A stretch of DNA of 64,000 nt from Giardia intestinalis (lineage: Eukaryota). Made by a program: the position numbers and the translations under genes. Below the pieces are notes generated by a model. That model did not search any database. It saw only the letters and a list, made by a program, of their open reading frames with translations, and had not been told where the DNA came from. The stretch lies in the NCBI GenBank assembly GCA_000002435.2, contig CM018792.1, one strand, 5' to 3'. Of the stretch, positions 7,625-17,762 are shown piece after piece (position 1 is the stretch's first letter; each line of letters opens with the position of its first letter).

Positions 7625-9562
7625 TCAGCTTGGATACTTTTCATTGAGCTTCTTCTGTGCCTCCCACTCCTTCACCAACTTCTTGTATCGGCTTTTTGGT
7701 ATGGGCAAAGGATTACCGTCAGGCCCCGTCTCGGCCAAGTGAGTGGGAATCCCACGCTCATCAAAAGCTGAGAACTCCACGTTCTCTAGAAACATCTTCT
7801 CGGCTGGAATTAGGGCCTTTTCGCGCTCTAAACGCTGCTTCTCAAGCTTTTCCTGCTGCACCTTCTCTTGTTGAAGCCTTTTGGCTTCTGCTAAATCCAG
7901 TTCTCTTTGGCGTTGGACCTTCCACTCCTCAACGTTTATCGGCTTAATATAAGACTCCTTGTCTGCATCTTCGATAGCAAATCCTGTCAATGGTAGGTGC
8001 TCATCTCTGAGCCTGTCACACAACCCTAGAAGCATCTTCTTTAGAGTCTTGGTATCTGTCTCAGCAGTATTAGTGGTTGAGGCCATCAATAGATCCTTTA
8101 TTTCTCTCCTGAAGTTACAGACGACTCTAGCGACTTGCAAGGCGTTTTCTGCCGTTGAAGTTTCACCTCTTGCATACGAGAAACCCATAATTGAGAGGAC
8201 ATGTACAATTTTATCCCGTGCATTAGATAGGAGAAACGTGCTGACCTGCCTGCCTTCTGTCTGGCATGCAAAGATGTATGCCTTGCAGTTATCGATCAAC
8301 AACATCACATGACTCATAGCGGAAACAATGTTTATATCGTTGCGGAAGGCCGTATCCACGTTGGAGAGGAACTCTATGGTCTGCGCTTCAAGAGCCTCTT
8401 CCGTTGTACTGTATCTAAGGTTCTTGATTGGCTCAGAAAGCTCTTCCTCGTGCTGAATGATCTGGCGACAATTGGACAGGAAACTGGTGATTTTTTTGTC
8501 CTTGGCAACTGCAGCATCCATCATCGAGATGCTGTAATCCAGCGACGCGCTGTATGGAACCATGCAAAAAAGCATGCGAACTTGGTTTGCCGTAAAGATG
8601 CTAAGAATCTCACGCACGGTTTTAAAGTTCTTTTTAGACTTTGACATAACATCCCCTGCTATCTTCAAGTGCCCACTGTGCAGGAAGCATCCTATCATGT
8701 TCTTTTTCCCGGCCCAGGTCTCCAACTGGATCAGCTCATTGTCGTGGTGAGGGAATTGTAGGTCACAGCCACCCAAGTGGAGATCAAACGCCCCTCCAGT
8801 GTCCTTCCCTAACACAGCTGCCGCCATCGCGGAGCACTCTATGTGCCAGCCAGGCCGTCCGGGCAGGGTGATCAGTTCCGAGACAGCGCCATTTTTGTGG
8901 GAAAAGGTTGCATCCCACTTGGCATCCTCTGGTTCTGTTTCTTTCCATGCCTTCCAGAGTGCGAAATCTGAGGCTGAGCGCTTTTCTGAGACGCGATTCT
9001 TGCTGTCCATCCCATCTGCATTCTGGATCAGGAGCTGGAGCTCGTCAGAACTACTGCCCAGAGGCCGAAGCTTGGGATAGGAGTACCCAGCGCTGCGGGC
9101 TGCGGCCACGTCAAAGTAAACAGACCCCGCGCTCACATATGCAAATCCGTTGTCCATGATCTTCTGGATGAAGAGAATGATGTCGGCCATGTACTCGGTT
9201 ACGCGAGTGACCACTGTGAAGGGACGAACTGAGAGGGTGTGCATGTCGGAAAGGAACTCCTGCTCGTATTTACGGCAGATGTCGAAGATGGACGAGCCCC
9301 TCTCTACGGCGCGGGCGATGATCTTATCGTCGACGTCCGTGATGTTGCACTGGTAGCGAACGCGCAGCCCGAAGTAGTCCTCGAGGATGCGGCGGACGAC
9401 GTCGAAGGTGACGTATGTGCGCGCGTGGCCCAGGTGGGTCGAGTCGTAGACCGTGGGGCCGCAGATGTAGGCCAGGACTGTGCTGGGTGCGTGGGTCCTG
9501 AGCTCCTCGAGGCGCCCGGTGAGGCTGTTGGTGAGCCAGACGGAGGTCGGGAACGCGGCCAT
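7625..9562 (-). CDS. Cysteinyl-tRNA synthetase, class I, 645 aa, with a C-terminal K/E-rich extension
   Basis: HLGH variant of the HIGH motif ([17 protein letters not shown]) and KMSKS-like motif ([10 protein letters not shown]). Overall CysRS-like. ATG at 9560-9562 in the context gataaATG. Confidence 0.9.
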   Translation of the reverse strand: MAAFPTSVWLTNSLTGRLEELRTHAPSTVLAYICGPTVYDSTHLGHARTYVTFDVVRRILEDYFGLRVRYQCNITDVDDKIIARAVERGSSIFDICRKYEQEFLSDMHTLSVRPFTVVTRVTEYMADIILFIQKIMDNGFAYVSAGSVYFDVAAARSAGYSYPKLRPLGSSSDELQLLIQNADGMDSKNRVSEKRSASDFALWKAWKETEPEDAKWDATFSHKNGAVSELITLPGRPGWHIECSAMAAAVLGKDTGGAFDLHLGGCDLQFPHHDNELIQLETWAGKKNMIGCFLHSGHLKIAGDVMSKSKKNFKTVREILSIFTANQVRMLFCMVPYSASLDYSISMMDAAVAKDKKITSFLSNCRQIIQHEEELSEPIKNLRYSTTEEALEAQTIEFLSNVDTAFRNDINIVSAMSHVMLLIDNCKAYIFACQTEGRQVSTFLLSNARDKIVHVLSIMGFSYARGETSTAENALQVARVVCNFRREIKDLLMASTTNTAETDTKTLKKMLLGLCDRLRDEHLPLTGFAIEDADKESYIKPINVEEWKVQRQRELDLAEAKRLQQEKVQQEKLEKQRLEREKALIPAEKMFLENVEFSAFDERGIPTHLAETGPDGNPLPIPKSRYKKLVKEWEAQKKLNEKYPS

Positions 9563-9587
9563 TTATCGGCGCCGGGCGGAGGCAAAA

Positions 9588-9659
9588 AGGGCCTGACCGG
9601 ATTTGAACCGATGACCACTCGGACTGCAGCCGAGCGCTCTACCCCTGAGCTACAGACCC
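9588..9659 (-). tRNA. tRNA-Cys (anticodon GCA), with U73 discriminator
   Basis: Minus-strand sequence GGGTCTGTAGCTCAGGGGTAGAGCGCTCGGCTGCAGTCCGAGTGGTCATCGGTTCAAATCCGGTCAGGCCC-T. The acceptor stem has 7 bp, counting one GU pair. D stem GCTC/GAGC; anticodon stem CTCGG/CCGAG with loop CTGCAGT; T stem ATCGG/CCGGT with loop TTCAAAT. Confidence 0.85.
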
Positions 9660-9722
9660 CTGCTGCGAGCCGGAAGGGATGAACATGCATCCTCGTGTAG
9701 CTTTGTGGCTCTTCCGAAAGCA

Positions 9723-10151
9723 ATGGCGTTCCAGACCCTCGACGCGATCAACGAGCTGGCCGCGCAGGCCGCCCGGGTGGCCGGTCCGGCGCAGCCCCCG
9801 CCGAAGGCCCCGCAGCTCGCAAGCCGGGCCTGCGACACCCCCGGGACGGCCGAGGAGACAGACAACGAGGACCTCGACGACGTCCCGGCCGGCGAGCTCG
9901 AATGCAAGGTGTACAGCGAGGAGCATCGGAAGGCCGTTCGGAAAGAGATACAGCGGACCATCAAGAGCGGGATCGTCATCACCATCATCAGCGTCGTCAT
10001 GGTCCTCGTCCTCACCTGGTTCATTGTAAGTAGATTCCCGCTGGTCCTGGTCATCGTCTGGGCCTCTATGACCGCCGTCCTCACGATCCTTGGTGTGGCT
10101 GCCTGGATATGGGTCTGTGCACGGTTCAAAAAGGCACGTGCAGAGACATAG
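9723..10151 (+). CDS. Small membrane protein with two predicted transmembrane helices, 142 aa, GC3-rich N-terminus
   Basis: The ORF-track start at 9705 is GTG; the first ATG is at 9723. Helices IVITIISVVMVLVLTWFIV and LVLVIVWASMTAVLTILGVAAWIWV. Strong GC at third positions in the first ~80 codons. Confidence 0.5.
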   Translation: MAFQTLDAINELAAQAARVAGPAQPPPKAPQLASRACDTPGTAEETDNEDLDDVPAGELECKVYSEEHRKAVRKEIQRTIKSGIVITIISVVMVLVLTWFIVSRFPLVLVIVWASMTAVLTILGVAAWIWVCARFKKARAET

Positions 10152-10290
10152 CCTGGCGCGCTCTTATGGAAATAGAAACAGTTCGGCAAGTAAACAGTTG
10201 TTAGCAAGGCATGTATGTTCATGGTTCCATCGGGTAAACAGGGCATGTAGTGTACACGTTCTTAAAAGCTAATTCTCGAGTGCCTTGTTT

Positions 10291-11496
10291 ATGACCGAAT
10301 GCCTGGAGAGTAATGAATACTGTATTTGCACGCCAACAGCAGATAATAGCGTAGTTATATGTAAGTGCAAGGAGGGATATGTTAGTAGAGACAACCAGTG
10401 CTACAGCAAAGAATGTTATGACAGTCTCACAGACAGCTTTTGTGGAAACTTAGGCTTTGCTACATGCGATAATAGTGCACAGAAGTGTAACTGTGGCAAT
10501 ACAGGCCTTACTCTAATGTCCTTTCATGGGCGATGCGTAACAGAGAATTGTTTAATTGGAAAAGAGCCTAGCCGGACTGAGTGTTGGAATAGAGGGTACT
10601 GTCAAATTAACTTAGCTGGAGGGATATGTCGTTGTTACTCTGCATACTTAAACGACACTGGGTGTACTAAGTGCAATCCAGAAACATCCCTGGAGAAGAA
10701 GGTATCAAATGGAGTTGAGTGCATTCCAAAAACGTGCATGGATAAGGAGAATCCTAGCGTCGATCTTGTATGTAATAACATCGGAACGTGTACTCCCTTT
10801 GTCAACTCAGAGTCAACCATGCTGTACATATGTAAGTGCAATAGCCATGCTTTCAGTGTAGGAGACTCATGCTATCCAAAGGAGTGTGTGATTACAGACC
10901 CTCTTGTCTCCAACAGCCTCACTGTCTGCAACTCAAAGGGATCTTGCGATTTCAAAACAAGTAGATGCAACTGCATCGCACCTTACACAGGAAGATTCTG
11001 CCGGTCTTGCTTACCGGAATATATCCACCAATATATTGCAACCGAGAACGGCTTTCTCTTTCTCTGCGTCCACGAGAACTGCTGGGATGAGTCGCTTAAT
11101 ACGCACTGCAGTGGTCACGGGAACTGTACAATGGATGCCGTGTCTAAGGTCTATAAGTGCTCATGTGAGCAAGGATACAATCTTGTGAAGGGCACGTACA
11201 ACATTTGTGCGTCAAACACCGTCCGTAAGCGTAATCGGCAAGGCTACCTTCTGCTGTCTGACGTCTTGTTTGTCGCGCTCTTTGCCGTGGCCATTCTTGG
11301 AATAGGTGTATATCTCCTTGTGAAGCTTTTGTCTGAAAAGAAGGCCAAGCGAGACCATGAGCTTTACATCCATCAAGAGAAGATCACAATAGCAAGGAAT
11401 CTCCATAATGATTTGTCATCAGCTAAGCAGGCGTCTGCTCAATCTAGCGTCCTTTCCACTGCCGAGTACATAGCTTTTCAGCGAAGGTACATGTAG
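10291..11496 (+). CDS. EGF-like cysteine-rich membrane protein (tenascin/HCMP-like), C-terminal TM helix plus cytoplasmic tail; no N-terminal signal peptide seen
   Basis: Repeated CxCxxGY/CxxC spacing. TM segment YLLLSDVLFVALFAVAILGIGVYLLVKLL. The ORF-track start at 10285 is TTG; the first ATG is at 10291. Confidence 0.65.
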   Translation: MTECLESNEYCICTPTADNSVVICKCKEGYVSRDNQCYSKECYDSLTDSFCGNLGFATCDNSAQKCNCGNTGLTLMSFHGRCVTENCLIGKEPSRTECWNRGYCQINLAGGICRCYSAYLNDTGCTKCNPETSLEKKVSNGVECIPKTCMDKENPSVDLVCNNIGTCTPFVNSESTMLYICKCNSHAFSVGDSCYPKECVITDPLVSNSLTVCNSKGSCDFKTSRCNCIAPYTGRFCRSCLPEYIHQYIATENGFLFLCVHENCWDESLNTHCSGHGNCTMDAVSKVYKCSCEQGYNLVKGTYNICASNTVRKRNRQGYLLLSDVLFVALFAVAILGIGVYLLVKLLSEKKAKRDHELYIHQEKITIARNLHNDLSSAKQASAQSSVLSTAEYIAFQRRYM

Positions 11497-11636
11497 TGCT
11501 CACACTGTATGTCAGCACCTCTGTTAGGTTCTTCCTGTTTCAGTTTAGTTAGTAAATTAATATGCCTTCAGCGTCTGTACAGCTTGCACAGTGGATTTCT
11601 TATCCTTGGCCAAGTCTCAATTAAATCAATAAGCTC

Positions 11637-12743
11637 ATGGGCATAGTTGAGCAAATAGCTGAGGTAAAGACTGAGATGGCACGTACCCAAAAGAACAAGG
11701 CCACAGAGCATCATCTAGGACGCCTGAAGGCCAAGCTTGCGCGACTGGAGAGTCAGCTCATCAGCGAGGTCACAAAGAAATCTGGAGGAAAGGGGTCTGG
11801 ATTTGATGTTGTTAAGCAGGGACAAGCTAGAATTGCACTCGTTGGGTTCCCATCTGTGGGGAAAAGCACCTTTCTCACGCGGTATACCAACGCGGAGTCT
11901 GCATCAGCAGCCTATGAATTCACCACTCTTACCTGTGTTCCAGGCACGATGGAGATAAATGGAGCGCCAATACAGATTCTTGACCTCCCAGGAATCATCG
12001 AGGGGGCCGCCACGGGCCTAGGGAAAGGACGACAGGTGATTGCAACCGCTAGAACAGCAGACGCCATAATAATGATGCTTAGCGCATGCAACGCAGTCAA
12101 GGAGAGGCGGATCCTTACAAAGGAGCTAGAGTCTATGGGAATCCGTCTGAACAAACGCCGACCAAGCATTGAACTACGCCCAGCCTCAATGGGGGGTATA
12201 CAGGTGCTTTCGGACAATGTATTGACCGTCCTAGATCACGACACAATACGGGCCACTCTTGCAGAGTATAAAATCCACAACTGTCAGGTGCTTCTCCACT
12301 GCGATGCAACCGTCGATGACCTAATTGACGTAGTAGAGGGCAACAGAGTTTATATGCCGTGTATCTACGCTATCAACAAAATTGACATGGTAAGTATTCC
12401 CGCTGCCGAGTACTATGCAAAGCAGCCGGACACCGTTGTTATTTCAGCAGAGTGCGATCTCAATGTCGATTACCTGAAGCGAATTATCTGGCAGCGGCTG
12501 CAGTTAGTACGCATCTATACCAAGAAGCGGAACTGTCCGGCAGATCTTAGTCAAAAGGAAGCGGTTTTTCTCAAACAAGGAGATACAGTCGAGAAGCTTT
12601 GTGCAAATATTCACAATGATATGGTATCCAATTTTTCGTATGCAATGGTGTGGGGTAGAAGTGCCCAACACTGTCCTCAGCGAGTCGGAAAAGACCACAA
12701 GCTAGCCGACGAAGACGTTGTCCAGATAGTTTTGAGAAAATAG
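11637..12743 (+). CDS. Developmentally regulated GTP-binding protein (DRG, Obg family), 368 aa
   Basis: G1 motif GFPSVGKSTFL, G3 DLPGIIEGA, C-terminal TGS-like region. The N-terminus MGIVEQIAEVKTEMARTQKNKATEHHLGRLKAKLA is typical of DRG. Confidence 0.9.
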   Translation: MGIVEQIAEVKTEMARTQKNKATEHHLGRLKAKLARLESQLISEVTKKSGGKGSGFDVVKQGQARIALVGFPSVGKSTFLTRYTNAESASAAYEFTTLTCVPGTMEINGAPIQILDLPGIIEGAATGLGKGRQVIATARTADAIIMMLSACNAVKERRILTKELESMGIRLNKRRPSIELRPASMGGIQVLSDNVLTVLDHDTIRATLAEYKIHNCQVLLHCDATVDDLIDVVEGNRVYMPCIYAINKIDMVSIPAAEYYAKQPDTVVISAECDLNVDYLKRIIWQRLQLVRIYTKKRNCPADLSQKEAVFLKQGDTVEKLCANIHNDMVSNFSYAMVWGRSAQHCPQRVGKDHKLADEDVVQIVLRK

Positions 12744-12799
12744 CATAAGCAGGATCAACCAGAACGCCCACGGCTCCCTTCTGCTCCTGGTGACGCACT

Positions 12800-12806
12800 A
12801 TTTACT
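12800..12806 (-). terminator. Putative Giardia-type poly(A) signal AGTAAAT overlapping the EB1 stop codon
   Basis: The minus strand reads cAGTAAATag with TAA as the stop codon, matching the AGTRAAY consensus. Confidence 0.4.
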
Positions 12807-13518
12807 GATGATACTCCGCATACAGAATATCCTCTATCTTCTTCACGACACTCTTAATGTAGAACGGAGAGTCTTCTGGCTCTGCAATCTCCACTTGTGT
12901 CATAAGTTCGTTCATTTGATCCATATATATCTCTATTTCATGCAACTTATCAAAGTAAAATTGTGACTCTAGCTGACCCTTTGCAATTTGACGACGTAAG
13001 TCCTCAAGCTCCTTAGAGTCAATTGAGGGCCCGGACGTGCTTGAGGCCTTGGGGTTCTGCATGGATGCAGCGGTGCTGCCTGACCTATTTCCTGGTTTTG
13101 ATGTTTTAGTAACAGCGTTGGCAGATCCAGATTCTGTAGCACCAGACTTGGATCCCTTGTAATTTTGGTCAAAGAACCACTTGAACCATTGGAAGAACTC
13201 GAAGTTGTCCATGTACTTCCCTGTGACTAGCTTATTGACGTCAATGCCCTTATCTATATTGTTACGACTCAAAACGTCCTGTATGATCTTAAAATTTTCT
13301 GACCTTTCCCACTCGTTGATAGCATTCATGCGAACACGATGCATGTTCACCTGTCCCGGATAAACAAGATTCAGGGCCATACAATAGTGGTGTCCCGATG
13401 CCAGGTCCTCAACTTTCTTGACAGGCTCATTAAGCAATTCTGATATCCACTTGAGCAAGGAGACGCGGCCTACAAAGTAGCAGTCAGACACATTTCCGGG
13501 TGCTTTTACCGGCGGCAT
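12802..13518 (-). CDS. EB1 microtubule plus-end binding protein, 238 aa
   Basis: Calponin-homology domain LLKWISELL...YCMALNLVYPGQVNMHRV...GKYMDNFEFFQWFKWFFDQNY and a coiled-coil EB1 C-terminus. The ORF-track start is TTG; the ATG is at 13516-13518. Confidence 0.9.
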   Translation of the reverse strand: MPPVKAPGNVSDCYFVGRVSLLKWISELLNEPVKKVEDLASGHHYCMALNLVYPGQVNMHRVRMNAINEWERSENFKIIQDVLSRNNIDKGIDVNKLVTGKYMDNFEFFQWFKWFFDQNYKGSKSGATESGSANAVTKTSKPGNRSGSTAASMQNPKASSTSGPSIDSKELEDLRRQIAKGQLESQFYFDKLHEIEIYMDQMNELMTQVEIAEPEDSPFYIKSVVKKIEDILYAEYHQ

Positions 13519-13576
13519 CAAGCGTGAATTTAAATTTTGAGCTTTTACTTACGTTTCTACCCAACTTAGCTCACGC

Positions 13577-14005
13577 ATGCAAGACACAAGGGCTATAATG
13601 GAAAGTATCACTCAGTTTGCTCTAGACTTGGAAGCCTTTTTTAGGCCCGAAGAGGAGCGCATTGTCACATGCTTTCATACGCCCATCAACGAAGACCATG
13701 ATTGTGGTACAGATGGCAGGGGATCACCTGCTACGTTGGCTGCAGCATTTCATGTACGCAAGAACTACTATGAAGACGGTATGATTTCGTCTTCTCCGTC
13801 TCCAGTCAGTGTCCATTCCTACCTGGAGGCGCACGATTGGAGCAGTGAAACTGACTCGCATGATGACAAGAGAGGTAGAGAGTATGACCAAGAGTCAGAG
13901 GACGGATCTACCGCCGGCACACTAGCCAGTGCGCACTCTTCTCTATTGCTGTCATCGCCAGTAACACCGGACAGGTCTGCTGGAAGTGACAGCGATGTAT
14001 GGTAG
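13577..14005 (+). CDS. Hypothetical acidic Ser-rich protein, 142 aa
   Basis: ATG-initiated ORF diverging from EB1 across a 58-bp spacer. No domain recognised; it could be spurious. Confidence 0.3.
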   Translation: MQDTRAIMESITQFALDLEAFFRPEEERIVTCFHTPINEDHDCGTDGRGSPATLAAAFHVRKNYYEDGMISSSPSPVSVHSYLEAHDWSSETDSHDDKRGREYDQESEDGSTAGTLASAHSSLLLSSPVTPDRSAGSDSDVW

Positions 14006-14017
14006 TTTACAGCTGTG

Positions 14018-17000
14018 TTATTCTCCAAGCAATGCATCAAGCATATGCACAAGTGTCAAATTGTGAGCCAATAGAAACCCCCCATATGTCTGTTCAAGAG
14101 CGACCAAGATTTGTTTCTTACATTTCTCTGCGTCTTCCTTCGGCATATGTTCTCCCTCATTTATATCGTTAATATGCAGCCGTTTAAATGCTTTAATATA
14201 CACATTGCTGTTGTCTTCATCGCACATGGACATAACTTTATAAACAAACCGCTTGAAGAGTATGGGAGAAGCCGCTTTCAAAATGTCTGTGCAGCGCTCT
14301 ATCCCGAGAAGAACAAACTGCGCCTGTGTAGTCTCGAAGACCTTGATCAGTGAGTAGAACAAAATCACAATAAGTACCCACAGATGTGCATCTGCTTCTG
14401 AAGCTTCTTCTAGGCTTCTACTACTTAAGAAGGAAAGGAGATACGGAAACGACCTGCTCACCTTGGTACTATTTTGCCGTGTAGAAAACGATAGCGCCAC
14501 AATGAGTTGCATAAAGAGCTTCGTGATAAAAGATAGGGGTGACTGCTTAGAATTGATATTGACCGTCACAGAGTCAAGAAGCTTAGTGATTAATTTTCCA
14601 CAAATGAAGGCACAAAGCGTTGAAATCCTCTGCGTTGAATATAAAATGAGGGGTAGAAGAACTTGGTAGATGAGCTCATTGATGTCTGCCGCAGATAAGT
14701 TGAGAAGTAGCTTTAGGTCCTCAGTAGTAAAGAGTTCGATGCTTTCCAGCTGGTCGTTTGAGGAGTCCCCACACTCTCTAAATGCGTTCCAAACAGTTGT
14801 TAGAAAGACATTTGACGCAGGAGACAGTGCTTGCGGCGGCGGTGCCATGAAGTAAAGTCCCGAAAGGTAGCGGATGTGTGGCAAGTACGTGCACTGGGCC
14901 TTGTTAAAGGTACTATAAAGGCTTTCCAAGAGACCGATGTTCTCCGACGCCTTGGAGGCAAGAGTTGACATGAAGTACAGAAGCTCGTTAACGGTGGAAA
15001 CGACGAGCTCCGACGTTTGCTCATAGGTCGAGACATTCTTCAATAGTATGGCCCATTTCCAGAAGGCGCCACTAGGTAATGCCTGTAGAAGCGGCAAAAA
15101 CGTGTCTGGATTAAGCAAGTACGCCGCAAGTGGTTCTGGCATGGAGTAGGTACGTGGACCACAAAGCAGTGGGCATTCTCCTATGCTCTGTATGCATGTA
15201 TCCGCGAGCATACTGGGAGACTTTCCATTAAGAAGAGACTCCGCTAAGGGAGACATGTCTGCAACTTCAGCGTTTGCTGAAGCGTCCATAAGGTGGGTAA
15301 TAAGCTCTCTCAAGCAGTACATTGCTGGAAGAGACCCAAACTTCAAGGACCCCATAAGATTTGCAAGCAAATATTGACCGGAAAGATCACTCGATGTTTT
15401 GCTAATGGTCCAATCGACATGAATTGTTAATCTGACAGCAACAGAGACATAGTTGCGATAGTAGCTACGGAGCCATCCACTTTCCCGAGATAGGTGATGT
15501 CCCGATCTGGCTTGCTGATCTAAGGAGACGTCGTCTAAACACTCATCAGTAATAGATTGTATAATCAGCCAGGTATAAAACTCCTGGACAAGTGGATGTG
15601 ATGAGATAATAATGCCGCAGAGAAGAGAGCGAATATCCGCCAGCTCGAGACGGCGCTTAACATATTCATGCACAAGAATCAAAGAGGTGGCCGGCAGAGA
15701 AGCAATGCTTGACATGACGCCAGAACAGTTTGTCAGACAAAGAACACTGATCAAATACTGTTCGATGAAGGACTTGAGCGTCACATAGTAGAAATTCCTC
15801 TTGCACTCTATGCCCGATAAAGCAGCCAGAAAAGAAGGACATTGTTTCACCTTCCTCGCGCAAGCAGAAATGGATGACAGCTCCTCCATGATAGCAGAAT
15901 ATATCTCCCTTCTATGAGTGAACCCCATTGTGCTTAGCTTATCCCACGCGAGAGATAGGGCCTCCTGACAGTACGGGGCAAAGAACAGATTAGCAATGAT
16001 TTGACCGACAAACCGGTAATCAGATGAATTAATGCTCCCCTCTAAGGCATGAGAATAGGAGTCTAGCGTTGGAAACACAGCCTTGTCTATACAGCATAAC
16101 GAGAAAGACTGTTCATAAAGAGTTCTAAGTATCCCACAATCCATCAGCCATGGAACTGTTGCATGGGCAAGCTTGAAGTGATCACTAGGAATGATGTTAG
16201 CAAGAGAACCATCACCTAATAAAGCGTACATGAGCATGTTGGCCCCTTCAGTTTCATTATGTTTGAGTAATAAGTAGATAAAGTTCAGAAAAACAAACCT
16301 CATGTTGTTATGGGAAAGCCAATAGACAGGGAGGTCCAGTAGACAGCTTATTGAGTCGCCCAGGGTTTGATACTTGTGCTTGATGTTCTCGCTTTTCGTG
16401 GCGATTTCAGCTGCAAAAGGAGGCGCTTTAGTTGGAAGGTTGCAGGTTGATAAGGGAGTAGAAAAAGTATAGATGTCATACAGCTCGGCAAGGTATGTAG
16501 TAAGCTCCCTCTGAACAGACGCTTGCGAGACGCCTTTGCAGAGCTTGATGCAGATGTATTTAAGTAGCTTATCGCATAATATATTTGGGCTGTCTTCACA
16601 GTTGAAGCCAGCGGACAAGATAGTTCTAAGTGACATTGACTCTGAAGACGGAGGGTCTTCTCTAACAATAGTGAGCATGGTTAAGATCCGCAGAATAAGT
16701 TTCTCTGTAGATAAAATGGAACTAGAGCAGGGTAAATAAAAAGATATAATGTAGTGAAATAGCATGGTAGGAAATGTTATGTCTTCAGCCCACCGAGGGT
16801 CGAGAAAAAGAGTAATAAATCCTTTAGACAAGCAGAACCGTAGTACCCCCTGTTGAAGAAATATGCGCATAGTGAACTGCATGCTAATTGGAACGGTACT
16901 CATTACCGAATAGAAAAGTGCATTCTTAAGTGCTGCCAGAGCTCGGCTTTGCTCTTCAGAGTCTACTGTCCCAGAGGCCTCTGGAGCTAACAGAAGTGCA

Positions 17001-17713
17001 ATTAACAGGATACGGACAGAAAGAGCCATGTCATGGAACGGTTCAGTCACGAATGTCAGTGCATCAACCTGGGCAGTGCGTAGTTCGTGGTTGCTGTAGA
17101 CGCGGGCAATGCGCAGCAGAACCTTTTGAGCGTCTGCAGGCAAAGACAGCTCCTTCACAGATGGAATAGCTAGCTCGGCCTGCAGTATATCTAGCGTAGA
17201 AACCAACTCTGCGACTCCACGTGAAAGGCCAACAAGGAGTCTGGATGGAGTCATGAGCTTTGTTGAGTGAATAGGTGAAAACCCGATAATTAGTGAGCAC
17301 AGGAGCGCTACCCATGCTCGGACCCCTGGAGACGACTTCAGGTCGGAGAGTAGCTGGCTTGCTGGTGTATCTGATTGAATCCCTAGAAGTGCCCCAACGG
17401 AGAAGATGGCACTGGTAACGGTGCAAAGCCGTTGAATGCTGATGTCTCGTTGATCTAGAATATAGGTATGGATCCGCTTTACAAGATAGTCTAAATCCAG
17501 CCTAGCGTGCGGCATCTGGACGCTTCTATCGTGCTTGAAAAATGTGTATCTATTTAGCTCCTGATGAGACGCATTTCCTTCCATTAGAACATACTTCCAA
17601 ATCAGCGCGACAATTGTCTGACTGGCTGATAAGCTTGTCTGGGCACCAACTGCTCGTTGCAAATCATTGAGGGCCGCGTTGTCAGAGATGTACTTGGGCC
17701 CTCCAGGTTTCAT
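14018..17713 (-). CDS. Large hypothetical protein, 1231 aa, alpha-helical repeat-like
   Basis: Uninterrupted ATG ORF in the context aattaATG. No motif recognised by eye. Confidence 0.65.
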   Translation of the reverse strand: MKPGGPKYISDNAALNDLQRAVGAQTSLSASQTIVALIWKYVLMEGNASHQELNRYTFFKHDRSVQMPHARLDLDYLVKRIHTYILDQRDISIQRLCTVTSAIFSVGALLGIQSDTPASQLLSDLKSSPGVRAWVALLCSLIIGFSPIHSTKLMTPSRLLVGLSRGVAELVSTLDILQAELAIPSVKELSLPADAQKVLLRIARVYSNHELRTAQVDALTFVTEPFHDMALSVRILLIALLLAPEASGTVDSEEQSRALAALKNALFYSVMSTVPISMQFTMRIFLQQGVLRFCLSKGFITLFLDPRWAEDITFPTMLFHYIISFYLPCSSSILSTEKLILRILTMLTIVREDPPSSESMSLRTILSAGFNCEDSPNILCDKLLKYICIKLCKGVSQASVQRELTTYLAELYDIYTFSTPLSTCNLPTKAPPFAAEIATKSENIKHKYQTLGDSISCLLDLPVYWLSHNNMRFVFLNFIYLLLKHNETEGANMLMYALLGDGSLANIIPSDHFKLAHATVPWLMDCGILRTLYEQSFSLCCIDKAVFPTLDSYSHALEGSINSSDYRFVGQIIANLFFAPYCQEALSLAWDKLSTMGFTHRREIYSAIMEELSSISACARKVKQCPSFLAALSGIECKRNFYYVTLKSFIEQYLISVLCLTNCSGVMSSIASLPATSLILVHEYVKRRLELADIRSLLCGIIISSHPLVQEFYTWLIIQSITDECLDDVSLDQQARSGHHLSRESGWLRSYYRNYVSVAVRLTIHVDWTISKTSSDLSGQYLLANLMGSLKFGSLPAMYCLRELITHLMDASANAEVADMSPLAESLLNGKSPSMLADTCIQSIGECPLLCGPRTYSMPEPLAAYLLNPDTFLPLLQALPSGAFWKWAILLKNVSTYEQTSELVVSTVNELLYFMSTLASKASENIGLLESLYSTFNKAQCTYLPHIRYLSGLYFMAPPPQALSPASNVFLTTVWNAFRECGDSSNDQLESIELFTTEDLKLLLNLSAADINELIYQVLLPLILYSTQRISTLCAFICGKLITKLLDSVTVNINSKQSPLSFITKLFMQLIVALSFSTRQNSTKVSRSFPYLLSFLSSRSLEEASEADAHLWVLIVILFYSLIKVFETTQAQFVLLGIERCTDILKAASPILFKRFVYKVMSMCDEDNSNVYIKAFKRLHINDINEGEHMPKEDAEKCKKQILVALEQTYGGFLLAHNLTLVHMLDALLGE

Positions 17714-17762
17714 TAATTCAAATTAAAATTGTTGGCCGCAAAAAACCCATTATTTGAAAGCT
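17714..17762. promoter_or_regulatory. 49-bp AT-rich bidirectional promoter/initiator region between the divergent 1231-aa gene and RPL32
   Basis: The sequence aattcaaattaaaattgttggccgcaaaaaacccattatttgaaagct lies between ATG 17713 (-) and ATG 17763 (+). Confidence 0.45.

Noticed and set aside
9304-10246. ORFs 9304..9723(-), 9639..9926(-), 9650..10246(-), 9679..10029(+), 9239..9682(+)
   Set aside because: They are overlapping or antisense frames in the local GC3-rich patch around CysRS, tRNA-Cys and the 2-TM protein, and are low-complexity Arg/Pro/Ser-rich. One of them even runs through the tRNA.
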